This document shows, piece by piece, positions 63,668-64,000 of a stretch of 64,000 nucleotides of DNA (position 1 is the stretch's first letter; every line of letters starts with the position of its first letter). The DNA is from Octopus sinensis (Eukaryota), in contig NC_043018.1 in assembly GCF_006345805.1 (NCBI RefSeq), positions 26,536,001-26,600,000 of the forward strand. Reading direction: 5' to 3'. A program made the position numbers and the translations under genes. Below the pieces are notes generated by a model. That model did not search any database. It saw nothing but the letters and a program-made list of their open reading frames with translations, and was not told the DNA's origin.

Positions 63668-64000
63668 GATGGGCTTCCATCTACCAAATCCATTCACAAG
63701 GCTTTGGTCAGCCCAAGGCTATAGTAGAAGATACTAGCCCAAGGTGCCACACAGTGGGACTGAACCCGGAACCATGTAGTTGGGAAACAAGCTTCTTACC
63801 ACACACAGTCACTCCTGTGTCATGGTGGTATTTTGTTCATTGCTGTAACAATTCTGTCTCTCCACCCCTTTAATTAAATCTGAAATCAGTGAGATTTGAA
63901 CTTAGAACATCCAAGAAGTGGAAGAAAAACTATGTGGTTGCATTTTGTCCACTGCCTTAATAAATCATGAAATGAAAGTAACAGACATAGATACTTATTT

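Overview
This is AT-rich, microsatellite- and SINE-dense eukaryotic DNA. The repeat landscape suggests a cephalopod (Octopus-like) genome, which is an inference. The only host gene visible is the 3' end of unc-13/Munc13 on the + strand: four phase-compatible exons (9634-9859, 11753-11848, 15150-15309, 18191-18476) encode the end of the MUN domain and the C2C domain. There is also a likely 90-nt cassette exon, present twice inside a near-identical 1.1-kb tandem duplication (2046-2135, 3182-3271), and a candidate 18-nt frame-preserving microexon (11193-11210). The rest is introns, a probably long 3' UTR and intergenic DNA filled with tRNA-derived SINEs, LINE scraps (CR1-group, RTE), Tc1/mariner, piggyBac and hAT MITEs and (TA)n/(TG)n/(ATCT)n tracts. 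Nearly all provided ORFs are microsatellite noise. The most unusual signal is a recurrent set of minimal type-I hammerhead-ribozyme-like motifs (C[U/C]GANGA, stem II, GAAA, palindromic stem III, UH). They sit in fold-back or tandem elements, mostly next to (TA)n/(TG)n tracts, and resemble Penelope-like/retrozyme derivatives. They include an inverted pair (63467-63634), a 385-bp tandem dimer (59996-60750) and a sense-strand copy in the last unc-13 intron (17914-17963). All coordinates and alignments were read by eye; no searches or folding programs were run.
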